From assembly GCF_009914755.1 (NCBI RefSeq), contig NC_060927.1: a stretch of 64,000 bases of DNA; one strand, 5' to 3'. Numbering within the stretch: the stretch's first letter is position 1; each line of letters opens with the position of its first letter. Positions 26,961 through 41,593 of this stretch are shown here, one piece after another. A program made the translations under genes and the position numbers. Below the pieces are notes generated by a model. The model was given only the letters and a program-made list of their open reading frames with translations. It did not search any database and was not told the DNA's origin. The DNA is from the human T2T-CHM13v2.0 reference genome, Homo sapiens.

Positions 26961-28404
26961 TTTGGTGACAACAAAAGAAAAAACAAAACAAAACCCATTT
27001 AGATCCTAGCTGTAGTTCACCTCTAGCCATCCTCCACTGAACTCAGGAGTATTACAGCTCTAAGGATGGTTTAACTTGCTGTTTAGCATTGTTAGGTTAT
27101 GCAACCTTTCTGAGCCAAAGTTTCTTCATCTATAATGACACTTACCGTAAGATGCTATTGTGAGGGCCACAGATTCAAAATACAGAATGCTGACCTGAGC
27201 GTCTGGCGTATCACAGCTGCTTAATAAACAAAAGCTATTATCTGCTTTATTTCAGCCTAATTTATTTGGCTTCCTTCTTACTACTCATCTCCATTCTGTA
27301 ATGCAGAGTCAGCATACACCTGTGTTGGTTTGTTTCTCAATTATTGTCTTCTTCTTGCCTCGACCTCTCTTGCAGACTCCCAGAGACTTGCCTTAAGCAA
27401 GTATCACCTTAATTAAAGTTTGTTTTTTCCATCTCTGCATTATTATAATGACTCTAGAAGAAAACTCCGATATTACAGCCATGGAATAGCTGTGACCATC
27501 AAATTAGTTTAGTCTTATGTTTCCTGTTACTTAACTTACAATTATCTCTTGTAAAGCTACTCATCTTTCCTGTTTAATCTAACATGAGTACTGCAAAGCA
27601 GAGAATACAGTTCAGGAGACAGATGAGGTTTTGGAAAATGCTACCAAATTATGGAAAACATTTGAATACCACTAGCTTTTGCAGAATATAAACAAAACTT
27701 AAATGGAGAAAGGTCAGTCCACTCTGATGGATTGGGCATATTAATTTGTATATGTTGTCTTCAAAAATTCAAATTTAAAAGACCTATCAGTGTAAAGGTA
27801 ATAAAACGACTAAAACATGACTGAATTAACCATTTTTTTCCTCAAATCTTCATGTATGCTTGAAGTAAAAAGGCTGTTCCAGTCAGTTTGAAATTAAAAA
27901 GAAATATTCTTTGAATTAAATATAATTGCAAGTAAAGTCTAGACTGTGCTTCTGGAGAATCAGGGGACAAGTTAAATTAAATATTTTGGGAATCTTAGTA
28001 TTCTTAGAATATGGCTGGTTTCATTTGCTAGATTCCACTTAACTTGCCTTTCAGTAGGCCAAATAAGATGTCAAGATAAATAACTGTGTTTTTTGAATAA
28101 AAAATATTGTCTTGTGGTCTTACTTTGTTTTTAAATAAACTTCTAAAAGAAGTTTTTTAAAAGGTATAAAATTAAAACCACACTTAGCTGCATAAACTTA
28201 TGTTTATTTAAAAGAATAAAATTATACTAAATGAAAATTGTCCCAGAAAATCCAGGCCCTGTCACTTTCTCCTTAACTCTTCACCTTTCCTTTTCCTCTG
28301 GGATGGGAAGTCACAATTTTTATCTACTATTCATTTCTGTATGTTGAAAGGGGGAAGCTATGGCAAAGAATAAGCTTTGCAAAGGCAGGAGAAAAGTTTG
28401 ACCA

Positions 28405-30025
28405 CATTTTATTTACGCAGTCTACCATAGATGGGCCCCTAGGTTGATTCCATGTCTTTGCTATTGTGCATAGCACTGTGGTGAACATATGAGTGCACGT
28501 GTTTTTGTTTTTGTTTTTTGTTGTTGTTGTTGTTGTTATAATGATCTATTTTCCTTTGTGTATATACCCAGTAATGGGATTGCTGGGTTGAATGGTAGTT
28601 CTGTTTTATATTCTTTGAGAAATCTCCAAACTGCTTTCCACAGTGGCTGAACTAATCTACATTCCAACCAACAATGTATAAGCATTCCCTTTTCTTCACA
28701 GCTTCACCAGCATCTGTTGTTATTTGACTTTTTAATAATAGCCATTCTGATCGGTATGAGATGGTATCTCGTTGTGGGTTTTGATTTGCATTTCTCAGAT
28801 GATTAGTGATGATGAATATTTTTTCATATTTTTATTGGCCACTTGCATGTCTTCTTTTGAGAAGTGTCTGTTCATGTCCTTTGCCCATTTGTAATAGGGT
28901 TTTTTTTTGTTTGTTGGTTTGTTGAAGTTTCACATAGATTCTAGATATTAGATCTTTGTCAGATGCATAGTTTGCAAATAGCTTCTTTCATTCTGCAGGT
29001 TGTCTGTTTACAGTTTATTTTGCTATGGAAAAGCTTTTTAGTTTAATTACATCCCACTTGTCAGTTTTTATTTTTGTTGTAATTCCTTTTGTGGACTTAG
29101 CCAGAAATTCTTTGCCAAGGCCAATATTGAGAAGGCTATTCCCTAAGTTTTCTTCAGGATTTTTATAGTTTGAAGTCTTACATTTAAATCTTGAATCCAA
29201 CTTGAGTTAACTTTTGTATATGGTGACTGGTAGGGGTACAATTTCTTTCTTCTGCATATGGCTAACCAGTTATCTTAGCACCATTTATTAAATAGGGGAG
29301 TCCCTTCCCCATTGCTTGCTTTTGTTGTTCTTGTAAAATATCATATGGTTGTAAATGTGTGGCTTTATTTCTGAGTTTTCTATTCTGTTCCATTGGTCTA
29401 TGTGTCTGTTTTTGTACCAGTACCACGCTGTTTTGGTTACTATAGCCTTATAGCATACTTTGAAGTTGGGTAATGTGATGCCTCTGGCTTTGTTCTTTAT
29501 GCTTAAGATTATTTTGGCTATTTGAGCTATATTTTGTTTCCATACGAATTTTAGAATATTTTATTCTAATTCTGTGAAGGATGATGTTGGTATTTTCATC
29601 AGAATAGTGTTGAATCTGTAAATTCTTTTTGATGGTATGGACAGATACTGATTTTTCAATCCATGAGCATGGACTGTTTTTACATTTATTTATATCATCT
29701 CTGATTTCTTTCAGCCAAATTTTATGGTAGAGATTTTTTTTAACTCTTTAGTTAGTTGTATTCATGGGTATTTTATTTTCTTTGTGGCTATTGTAAATGG
29801 GATTATGTTCTTGATTTGACTGTCAGCCTGGACATTGGTGTATAGAAATGGTATTCATTTTTGTACATCTATTTTGTATCCAGAAACCATACTGAAAGTG
29901 TTTATCAGTTCTAGCAGCCTTTTGGCAGAGTCTTTAGGGTTTTCTAGGTATAGAGTAATATCATTAGCAAAGGAGATAGTTTGACTTATTTTCCCATTTG
30001 AATAACTTTTTATTTTTCTCTTGCA
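28405..30025 (-). mobile_element. L1 (L1PB/L1MA-age) ORF2 3' part, degenerate
   Basis: ggttgattccatgtctttgctattgtg, tatatacccagtaatgggattgctggg; remnant ORF2 peptide [18 protein letters not shown]...KWDVIKLKSF (ORF 29015-29200). Confidence 0.9.
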
Positions 30026-30328
30026 TTATTTTTCAATATGAAACTTATTTATTGAACTCTAAGGGACAATAAACCTGACAAGAATTAGTACAATTCAACA
30101 CTAAAGCTCATATAGGTGGAAAAGTGAAATTTACAAAATTTATTGATGATTTTGCTAATTCTAAATTATGAAAGTATATAAATTTGCTTCAAGTTTGTTT
30201 ATCTTAATGAGCTTTCACCTTTGTTTAATGAAAGTTTTAAAATTTGTTAATATAGGGTTTTTCCTTCAATAAGATTGCTGTTTTTAAAATTAAATTATTT
30301 TTATTAAACCATTCAAATGAATGATTAA

Positions 30329-30659
<331 letters not shown>

Positions 30660-33600
30660 AAGAAGATATTTTTGAGTATGTATTACATGCATATAACAGA
30701 AAATTCAAAAGTTAAAATGGGTATACAATGAAAATAAGTCTCTCTTATTTTTTTATCCTCAGCCGCATACTCCTTCAATCATTTACTGTCACTAGGTTCT
30801 TGTAGATCTTTCCAGTGCTATTCTAAAGAATCATCTCAAACTTTAATGTGTATATGAATCTTGTTAAAATGTGGGTTAAGTTTCACTGGGTCTGGAGTGA
30901 AACTTAAGATTATGAATTTCCACCTGAGGGTGATGTTGCTGGCCCACGACTATGCACCCAATGGCAAGGTTGTGAAGGACATTTGTTTCCATTTGTCTCT
31001 CTGTTTGTTTGTTTATTGGACTGAAGGGAGCAAGATAGTCTCATAAACAGATGCGGTTTTCTGCTTTCTACTACTACCTCAGCACTAGAGTTCCAGCTTT
31101 GAGCTTTGCACTGTTACAAAGCTTTCTTCTAATCTTTGTCTTAAGTGATAATCTATACAGTATTTAAAAAATCAAACCATAAATGAAGAATGAAACCTAG
31201 CAATATGAAGCCTGATACTGGATGATGTATAAATTACAAGGACTATGAGAAATCTTTTTTACAAATTTTTAATCTGCTATTTAAACAAGGTTAGAAAAGT
31301 TACCAAATAAAGATAACCTCCTAAATTTTGGCAGAAGTCATGCTGTAAACTTTAGCTTGGAGCCAGTACTATTAATCTAATAAAGATGCTATCATACTTG
31401 GAAATGATGCAGTTAAGCTCCCTGAAATCAATATAAAGTGCAAAGATCATTTAAATATTTTAAAGTCATAAATATTAATATTCTATCTTCCTATACAAAG
31501 TAGTTTCCAGAAATGACTGTGTTCAATATCACAAGGGATACAAACGTTGTCTTTGTTGAACCTGCATGTAAAGGTAATTCTGAAAGCATAGGGGGGCAAC
31601 TCACAAAACAATGTCAAAAGTTCCTGTTTGTTTCTTGCTCTGTGCAGGAAAGTGAAGGATGGAGGACTTATATTTGTCTACCTTCCTTGTCAACAGCATA
31701 TGTTACTATGAGTACTTGCTAACCCAATGCAAGGATTCTTTTTAAAAAGAGAACCAATATCAAAGATACTCTTCAGAAATAAAGATTTGAACTATAAATG
31801 TCTCAATTTCTGCATAATTGGCAGGAAGAGCCAAGAGAATACAGGTTTCTGTATGATGCCAAGTCAGTGTGTATCAGTGACCCCATTGCTTTGAATGGCT
31901 CCAGGGATCTGCCATATGGAGAATTATTACACTCGGTGCTGAGATGGTTATTTTTAAATATTTGAGGCTACAAAGGGAGAATGGTTTGTATCTGCCTAAT
32001 CTTCTTGAGCATACACTATTCTACTTAGAGTTGTGATTCTCAAACCTAAATTATGTAGTAGTATACTAAATGATATGCACAAGTCATAGTAGAAACAGCA
32101 CAACCTTTCAAAGTTTCAATTGAATTAAAAGTTTTACAGGCCCATATCAAAACAAAATAACACTACAACAAGCAATAATATATGAAAGGGTATAATGAAA
32201 AATTCTGATGAATTTTTAAGTTAAACCTAAGATTTGAAAACAATATCAGGCTTAGGGATATGCTTCTAGGCCCCATGGAATACAAATTTGTTGGCCAGTA
32301 GAAGGATATTTCAGTGGGAAACTTTTAAGTATTGCAAAATACATTAAAAGCACGTGAGATTAGAGACCAGATTATTTGAGTAGAAACGACATTTCTGTGC
32401 TGCCTATGAGACTCCAGAGTGGCTGTATGCAAAACATTTTGAGACCACAGAAGTTACTGTCCTATTTCTGAAACACTGATTTTCTGCATGAAATTAGAAA
32501 GTGACATAGAGTTTGCTAACACATCCAGACTGGCTTAGGAGATGTCATCAATGAATTTTTAATGTATAATCTCTAGAGAGAAAAATCCATGTCTTTGGGT
32601 TTTTTGGAGACTGAAATAGGTAAAAATATTTTTTCTACAATTTACCCATTTCTCCTGCTAGTAGCGAGCAAGTCAGTTCTTTACAGAATGTGTGGTATAG
32701 TAAAATAAGTCACATAGACTGAGTTTTAATCTCCAGCATTGGATCTTAGACAGGAAACTAAAGTTCTCTAGGTCTGTGTTCTCTGAAAAGTGGGACAAGT
32801 ACAAAGATGAAAGAAGCTAATAGTGGATCAATGTTTATGCTCTTCTCTCTTTTTTATTTTCATCTTTTATACCTTTCCATTCCTACCCGCATTCTCTTTG
32901 GGCTTAAGAAGTTAACAATAAACAGTACATCTTCATTTGAAGGGGAAAGTGGTGCTCCATATTAGGAGATCAGACTCAGTGACCTGGGTGTTTACCAATC
33001 ATGAGATTCTCTCTGAAGATTCATGAAAGCTTCTTGCTAAGAAAGCATTTAGAGAAATAGTCAGCTGCCTAGTGTATAAGTACATTTATATCTTACTGTT
33101 TACTCTCACTTTCAAACTGAATATATATATAAAAATTACCTAGAAACAAGCAGAGAAAAGCCATGTGGCATTTAGATGCATATTGCATATGCATAATTGA
33201 TTTCTTAAAAGGTTAAATACCCTTAGCATATGTATGGATAGTGATATACCCATGATGATTTCGTAAGTATTATGGCAGTGGCTTTGTTTTACATAATTCT
33301 AAAGTAAATGTCATGTTTCTTCTTTAGGGATTCCAGGACTGGGATTCAGAAAAGCATGTGTTTCCAAGTAGATAGCTGGGCAAGAGAGGCTACTCTCCCA
33401 AATACAGGGACCATTCATGTAGCTAGTACACTGAGCTTTATGAAGCTCAGACTGCCACTAAATCCTCTTTAGAATTGAAATGCAATTACACATCGAGGAC
33501 AAGTGCTAAATATAAACAGAAAAGACCAAATACGTGCCTTTATTTTTTCCTTTGTTTTTGCAGTATATTTGCAGAAAGAATTAACCACCTCAAACACACT

Positions 33601-34044
33601 ATAATCCTTAATTGAAACACACAGATCAGTCAACTCAGTGAATCCTTCAGCATCTTTTGTCAAAAGTTTATTGTAGCTCTGAGGGACTGGTCTTTTCTTA
33701 TATTCATAAACAATTATAAAGATGCTAAGGAAATTAATAAATGAAGCAAGTAACTAAGAAATATACCAAATGAAGCATCATTAAATATGTCCTAAATATT
33801 TAAAAATAGGCACTATGTTGCTTGAGGATACATAAGGGGTGAAAACTACATAAATGTGAGTGATTATTACAAAAATTCAAGTTATGGGCTTCTTCTTTGG
33901 GAAAGGAAGGAAATACAATTTGTATGGTATACCCAGGGGTTTTCACTGCATGAATGATCTACAGGTATTTATTATTGTTTAATAATATTATATAGTCTTT
34001 ATGGGGTATCCTATATTTCCTAATTTTTAAAAATGGCAAAGGCA

Positions 34045-34358
34045 AGCTGGGTATGGTGTCTCATGCCTGTAAACCCAGCAAGGCCAAGGTGAGTGAACCA
34101 CTTCAGTTCAGGATTCAAGACCAGGCTACGCAACATGACAAAACCCCATCTCTACAAAAATTAGCCAGGTGTGAATTTTTAACGTATAATCTCTACAGAG
34201 AAAAATCTGTGTGGTAGTGTGTGCCTTTAATCCCAGCTACTCTAGTGGCTGAGGTGGGAGGATCACTTGAGCCCAAGAAGTTGAGGCTGCAGCGAGCTGT
34301 GATTGTGTCACTGCACTCCAGCCTTTCTTTCAAAAAAAGAAAAAAAAATAGAAAAGAC
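34045..34358 (+). mobile_element. AluJ-like, degenerate, with a 41-bp non-Alu insertion
   Basis: gaggatcacttgagcccaagaagttgaggctgcag (J-type); insertion at 34172-34212. Confidence 0.9.
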
Positions 34359-36476
34359 AAAATGACAAAACATAGTGAAGAGAATGCAAAAATTAAGTTG
34401 GTAAAAAACCCAATGTAATATACTTATAATAATAAAAGTAAATATATCAATCTTAGGTTGAAGAATGTATTTTTCTATTACACTTAAAATAAAACTTGAT
34501 ATATGCCATGTGCAAGATAATACTAAAACATAAGTCCCTGAAAGTAGGAATATGGGAAAATATATGCTAGACAAATACTAACAAAGAAAGCTATTGTATC
34601 TATATAGTTTAAGAACTGGACTTTAGGATAAAATGAAATGTTTATTCTGCCTGCAATTCTTGTTTCCGTATTCATTTTCTGAGCCTACTTCATCCAAGCA
34701 TCTGCTTCTAACATTCTAGGACTTATGATAGACCATCTCGATCTATTTTTGTCTTATTCCAACCTAACCATTTCAAAGCCCAGATGTTTGATCTCTCAGC
34801 TCTAGTAGTACCTATTATTTGTGGACCACTGATTTGGTACTTATATGATGTGTTTTAGTGTTATTTATGTACATGTATTTCTTTAATTAAATTACAATAT
34901 CTTAGAGCTAGAGATCATGCTTATTCTTCTTTAAATACCTCCTGTCACCTCACTCTAGGACTTGCCATCTGGTAAAATTGTGTTACCTGGCATTATCATA
35001 TAATAGAAAGTTAATAAACATGTCAGCAGTCAACTGAAAAATGGCTTCTGAAAGTGCATTAAAAGCTTTTTTTAGGATGTGTAGTACTTTGTCAATCCTA
35101 TGTATTTACATTTTCTAAATAATCTTCCAGCCAAAATTACAAAATGGAGTTGGGGAGAGACACACACTATTGTTAAAGTGACCCAAAGCTGTGCCGAGTT
35201 GATGAGACTGAGACCACAACCCCAGTAGGAGGGTGCCCCCCTCTGGAGACTCCCACAGGTTTATGACTATGCGATCGTTAAGGACTGGGACCACATCTAA
35301 TGAACTTTTTGCATCCACACCTGAAACAAAGTCCAACATACAATGTGTAGTCAATAAGTGATTCTGCAAAGTGTGAGAGAATTAATTATGAGTCTAGGGT
35401 AATGCACCTCACTCCTGTGGCCTCAAAACAATGTATAATTGGAGTTTCTCGGTGTGTGTCTCTAGCTCATGCTTTCAGAGGGGGAGAGTGGCTGGGAAGG
35501 CAGAAGAGCCAGCTGGGCAGAGGCAGGGTGCTGATGCTTACATTACACTTGGTACTCTGGGGTTAGGCGCTGATTGGAGCAAAGCTGAGTAGTGTGGATT
35601 TTGTTCTGCCAGCCGATGGTGGACTATGTTTGGAAACAAACAACAAAAGCTTAAAAGGAGATGGAGAAACACATGGAATAGATTTTCAGTGCTTCTCCTG
35701 CTGGCCATCAAGAAGTAGCTGGAGTACCTTCTTTCCCATGGCAGGAAAGATAGTCTGTCTGCTGCAAACCTCATTTAAACTTACTGTTTTTTGAATAGGC
35801 AATATATAAAGCATGTGGGATAAAATTCAAAAGGTATAGTAGGGTATATGGGAAAAATAAGTGTTTTCCCACCTCTGCCTATAGTTGCTCTCTCTAGAGA
35901 CAACACAATTACCAGATTCCATTTATTTTTAGGTATACAAAAACATTTCATGTTTGGTATGCATACACATGTGCATATATATGTATTTATTTCAGATAAA
36001 TAGCTCATATAATAACATACTATACTGAATCTTGCTTTTTAACAAATTAACAGCTTATCCTGTAGTTTTTTCATTTTTATCTTTATCTTTAAAATCCCAG
36101 TCTCTAACACTGTTGGTATACCAAGTGTCCAACATTTGTTTCTTGTATGAATGAATGATTAATTTGATAGTAGTATCTAATTCATTCATAGTGAACCTAA
36201 AAGTCACCCACCAACACATTTTTTGAATGCCTTATCTTAAACCCCATCTCCAACATGCATCTTTTTTCTCTCTGTCGACATTATATTCAAATTAAATCTC
36301 AAAAAATTTATCCCATGGAAACCTTCTCTGAATATTGACTGTCTCTCCCCCAGGAGTTATTTCTAAGCACTTAATAATAGTTTAATGTTACTAATTACTT
36401 AATAATTTACTATTTTGATTGTCCTCTAAGTCTTTTGTGTTAATATTACAACCATAAATACGTGAATAGCACTCTT

Positions 36477-36772
<296 letters not shown>

Positions 36773-36901
36773 TGAATAGCACTCTTAACAATAATTTTTT
36801 ATTGAGTAGTTGTTTGTGCCAGACACTTCACTAAGCACATAATATGCATAATCTCATTAATTCCTACAACACACCTATGAAGTAAATAACATTATTATTA
36901 T

Positions 36902-37350
36902 TGTAGCATACCTGTCATTGCCCAGCCAATATCACCTAGACTCACCTGGAGATCGTATCCAGACCATTTCCTTATATACCACTGTTTTCTGGCATCTTGC
37001 TGCCAGAGTGATCTCTGGAGAGTGCACTTAGCTTAAGTGGGTAGGTCAGAAGTGTCAACATATTGACATCCCAGGAGTGAACTTTAACCAATTATGTGTG
37101 GACATTAGTGGATAAATACTTCTGCTTTCTCTCCCCTTTGTGGGACAACCTTTAGTTGTACTCCTCACAATTATTTCAGGACCCATGTATTTTGCCCACA
37201 GTGGTGAACCCCTTTTTAACTTACCCTTTATTATCTTTTGTCTCTTCCCTATCTCAATTTACTACTTGCTTTCTTCCTGGAATCACCTCCCAAATAAACT
37301 AATTATGCTCAAATCTTAGTCTCAGAATTTGCTTTTGGGGAAAGCAGATT
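36902..37350 (+). mobile_element. ERVL LTR16-like solo LTR within a MIR
   Basis: aatcacctcccaaataaacta...ctcaaatcttagtctcagaatttgcttttgggg; MIR halves on both sides. Confidence 0.6.
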
Positions 37351-37713
37351 TAAGGAAATTGAGGTTTAGAGTTCTTGAGTAACTTTTTCAAATTCACCTA
37401 TACATTACATGGCAGATTCAGTATATGAAACCAGAAGCCATGATCAAAAGCATCATCCCTTACTGCCAACTAGATGGTAGGTGCCACAAAGCAGACCAGT
37501 GAACATGTATGTTTCTTCCACAGTGTGTTTCAAAATGCAAGCCTAAGTCAGAACTTAATGCATACTTCTGCTGGTCAAGTCCATTTTATGTTTTGGAGTG
37601 TCTCTTTTCCACTGCAGCACATCAGAATGTGCCTTTTGGCAGCTAGCTAAACACATATGCTGATAATTTATACAGGAATTGTGTATAAATTCTCACACTT
37701 ATCTAGTTGCTGA

Positions 37714-38031
<318 letters not shown>

Positions 38032-38201
38032 TAGTAATTGCTCCGCAACTCCCATTAAGGCTTAATGGCATTTCACATACATGCAGGCTGTTACAGAAGT
38101 TCCACAAATGACTTGGATGATAGCCTTGTTTTAACCATAAGCAGCATAAACTGCCTAGAAATTTTGAATTAGAATTATAACTATTCAATGTCAATGAATA
38201 G

Positions 38202-38234
38202 TTAACATATATTAACTGAGTTAATATATGTTAA
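38202..38234. repeat. Perfect AT-rich palindrome, 16-bp arms, 1-nt spacer
   Basis: TTAACATATATTAACT g AGTTAATATATGTTAA. Confidence 0.95.
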
Positions 38235-39025
38235 AATAAAGTACGTTACTATTATATTTTGGTAATTCTTAAAATATACGTTATGTATAATAGTTATTTG
38301 TATATTAATAACTTTTATCCAGGAGTATTTCTCAAATTTTATGCCTTTAAAGAACTACATCTCAATTCCAGTCATTAAAGACAGAGATCTGTGTGTTCCC
38401 TGCAAAAAAGGAAGTCAGTTAAAAAAAAAAATTGGCATATGCATTTTCTTTTCCGGTTACCTAGCCACAGAGCCTTTCTCACTATGCTCTTAAATTCTAA
38501 ACACAAAACAGGAGACACTTAGCATCTCATGTTAGAGTAAATTTTCTTGGGCTCCAAACTGCCTCTGGGGAAATACTAGGTCTTTTCTTGTGGCTGCAGT
38601 TTTGTGACTCTCTTTTGAATCAAAGAGGATCTAGGGGTGTGTAAGGTGTCCTCAGTCCTTGAGTTCTATGTAGGAATACATATCATTAGCAAATGGGCCC
38701 TGGTACTTAGGGTAAATTTAAGAGGGAGAAATGGGAGAAATGCTAGATCAAAAATTAGAACAAACTATTATTTTCCTGGTATCCAAAATTCTCATTTTTT
38801 CTTCAATAGCTTTCCTTTTCCCTTGTAGTAACATAATCCCCTGAGTTTTAGCTAGTGCATGGCTACCAAACTAGAAAAAAATATTTCCCAGCATTCTTTG
38901 TAATTAGGTTGGGCTTGTAACTAAGTTTTAGGCCAAGATATATGAGAAGGAGTATTTTGTGCAATCTCTGGGTAAAATAACTGAAAGTGAAATTGTTCTC
39001 TAATTTATCTCCTTTCCCTTTCCCA

Positions 39026-39409
39026 TGGTGTGGACAGAACTGTGCCCTAGAAAGTAGGTATATTGACGTCATAATCCCCAATATGATTGTATTTGGAGAT
39101 AGGGCCTTTGAAAAGATAATTAGTGTTAAATAAGGCCATAAGGGTGGGGACCTAATCCAATATGACTAGAGTCCTTATAGGAAGCAGAAGAGGCACTGAG
39201 GGTGTGCACACACAAAAGAAAGACCACATGAAAATACAGCAGGAAGGCAGCTGTCTGCAAGTCAAGAAGAGAGGCCTCAGGAGAAACCAAACCTGTCAGC
39301 ACCGTGATCTTAGACATCTAACTTCCAGAGCTGTGATAAAATAAATTTCTATCGTTTAAGCTACCTAGTCCGTGTTATTTTCTTATGGCAGCCTAAGCAA
39401 ACTAATACG
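39026..39409 (+). mobile_element. MLT1B-like MaLR solo LTR
   Basis: gtatttggagatagggccttt...cctaatccaatatgact...tatggcagcctaagcaaactaatac. Confidence 0.85.
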
Positions 39410-39431
39410 CATATATTAAGAAGTTAAGACA

Positions 39432-39903
39432 GCTTAAGATGCTTCTGGGCTGAGACAATGGGGTTTTCTAGATATAAGATCATGTCATGTGCAAACAGAG
39501 ACAGTTTGATGTCCTCTTTTCCTATTTGAATACCCTGTATTCCTTTCTCTTGCCTGATTGCCCTGGCCAGAACTTCCAATATTATGTTGAATAGGAGTGG
39601 TAAGAGAGAGCATCCTCGTCTTGTGCTGGTTTTCAAGGGGAAATGCTTCGTTGATAGGTGCAGCAAACCACCATGGCACACGTTTACCTGTGTAACAAAC
39701 CTGCACATCCTGCACATGTATCCTGGAAGTTAAAATGAAATAAAATTAAATTAAAAGAAGAAAAGGAATTGTATATTTGAAATAGAAACAATAATAGCTA
39801 AGATGTTGCTAAAGTTTATTTACTGGCTCTAAAAAAAAAAGATAGTTCCAGTTTTATTTGTTGTAACAATATTACAATGATGTTTATTCTTTCCCTTAAA
39901 AAG
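39432..39903 (+). mobile_element. Short L1PA (older, PA13-16-like) insertion: inverted RT fragment (39432-39649), 3' end and tail (39650-~39763), then ~135 bp non-L1 sequence and a second A-tract
   Basis: Minus-strand peptide [33 protein letters not shown]...[14 protein letters not shown]; plus-strand L1 3' UTR gttgataggtgcagcaaaccaccatggcac; TSD aagaagttaagaca (39418-39431) / aaaaagttaagaca (39904-39917). Confidence 0.85.
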
Positions 39904-40123
39904 AAAAAGTTAAGACAAGGCTAGAAAACCAGTTTCAACCATTTGACAAGGACAATAACATAATGAAATGCAGAGCAACAAGATAGAAGGAACCTGGGTA
40001 TGTTTACAGATCCACTTTCCACTCCAGACAACAAAATTTCTATCTTGTTTTGTTGCATTTCTGTCTTGTTTGAGTCACTTATTTTGGGGTCTTGTGTAAC
40101 AATATTTAAATTGTACTCTAACA

Positions 40124-40227
40124 CAGGGTTTCTCAACCTTGCCACTGTTGACATTTTGGGTCAGTAATTCTTGTGGTAGAAGGCTGTCCTGTGCAGTGTA
40201 GATGCTTAGCAGCATCCCTGGCTTCTA
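40124..40227 (-). mobile_element. MER20 (hAT-Charlie) half element
   Basis: cagggtttctcaaccttgccactgttgacattttggg...agcagcatccctggc. Confidence 0.85.
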
Positions 40228-41557
40228 TATCTTACTCATTACTTTGAGGTATTGAGATCAATGTCAAGAAGGAGAGGCTGCATATGGAAATGTCATCCCC
40301 TTTTGTAAGTTATTTTTCCTTGGAGGATATTCCCTGATGATGTGGATTTTGGATATATAGTAGTTATGAAGTATTGGAGACTATCTCTTTGGGACAGGAT
40401 ACCTCAAAACACAGTTCAGACCATTGTGTCCTTCCCAGTGTCAATACATAAGGCCTACATAGCAAATATGATAAAACAAAAGGATTCCAGCTCTGTGTAA
40501 TTATACCATAATCATTGAAAGGAGGCCTGAGATAAAAGAAAATGCAGGATGTTGCTGAGAATGCAGACTGGCAGGGAGTGACAAAGCTGCCATCCGGTGG
40601 AACGAAGGGGAAAGGATTTCCTTTGTCTGAAATATCCGCTGACTGCAGACTTGTCCTTCTTAAGATAGGCACCTTGTGTAGGTCACTCCAAATCTATATG
40701 AGTATTTTTCTTTTTAAGCCTCTTCACAATATCCGAATCTAGGTGTCAGGACCAAACAATGGAGACTTATAGGCTTGATAGGTAGAAAGTATGGCGTACA
40801 GGTTGGGAGCAAGAATTTCTTGAGCTCAGTTTTTTAATCAGATGTCTCTGCAGCCTTAGACACACTTGGGTAGAAATCATTAAAGGCACCAGTTCCCTTT
40901 AAGTTAGTCGCCATGGGGAATTGCCTGACATTCTAAGAAAACTAATTGATCCAGTTACAAGACTGAAAATTGCCATCTACCTTAGGCTAATCATACTGCA
41001 TTATAGCTATTTATATAAATATCTGTCTGCAGATACAGTTGTGAGCTTTTGAAGGCACATTTCTACATCCCCAGTGCCTGACGCCTGGGGTCTCAAACAG
41101 TGTTCATCAGATGGTAGTTTCTTAGTAAATACTTGCTGAAGGGAATTGAAATTGATTATTAGCCTATGGGTACTTAAAAATATGTCTGGATTTCTGGTTT
41201 TAAAAAATATGCTTATGACTTCAAGTGTCCTCCTTCCTTTCTTCAAGGATCATTTTCTTTTAATATGCTTTAGAAAGCAGATGCTTATCTTATCCTCCCC
41301 AGATACATTTTGACATTCTGTGATTGTGCTGCTTTGCCTATTTGTTCCTTAATGCTATGATTGCTCTCCTGACCTTACAGAAAAAGTGATATGGAAAAAG
41401 CTATCCAACACAATTTCTCCATGCTTCAGAGCTATAAAACCACATAGTGGGAGATCATCTCTGGTTTTCCCTATTCTTTCTCGTTATCCTTCAAGCTGAG
41501 ATGGACACACTGAGATGTCATGTCCTATTTGTTTTCTTCCTCACTCTAGCTTGTTGG

Positions 41558-41593
41558 CTTTAATATCAACTTTAATATCAACTTTAATATCAA
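41558..41593. repeat. (CTTTAATATCAA)3 perfect 12-bp tandem repeat
   Basis: Direct reading. Confidence 0.95.

Larger units (their letters stand above)
38860..40120 (+). mobile_element. Old ERVL LTR (LTR33/LTR16-like) fragmented by MLT1B and L1 insertions
   Basis: ttcccagcattctttgtaattagg...gtaactaagttttaggccaag on the left; gcagagcaacaagatagaaggaacctgggt...ttctatcttgttt on the right. Confidence 0.5.

Noticed and set aside
37467-37480. CTCF-like caactagatggtag near exon 2
   Set aside because: Two mismatches at core positions.
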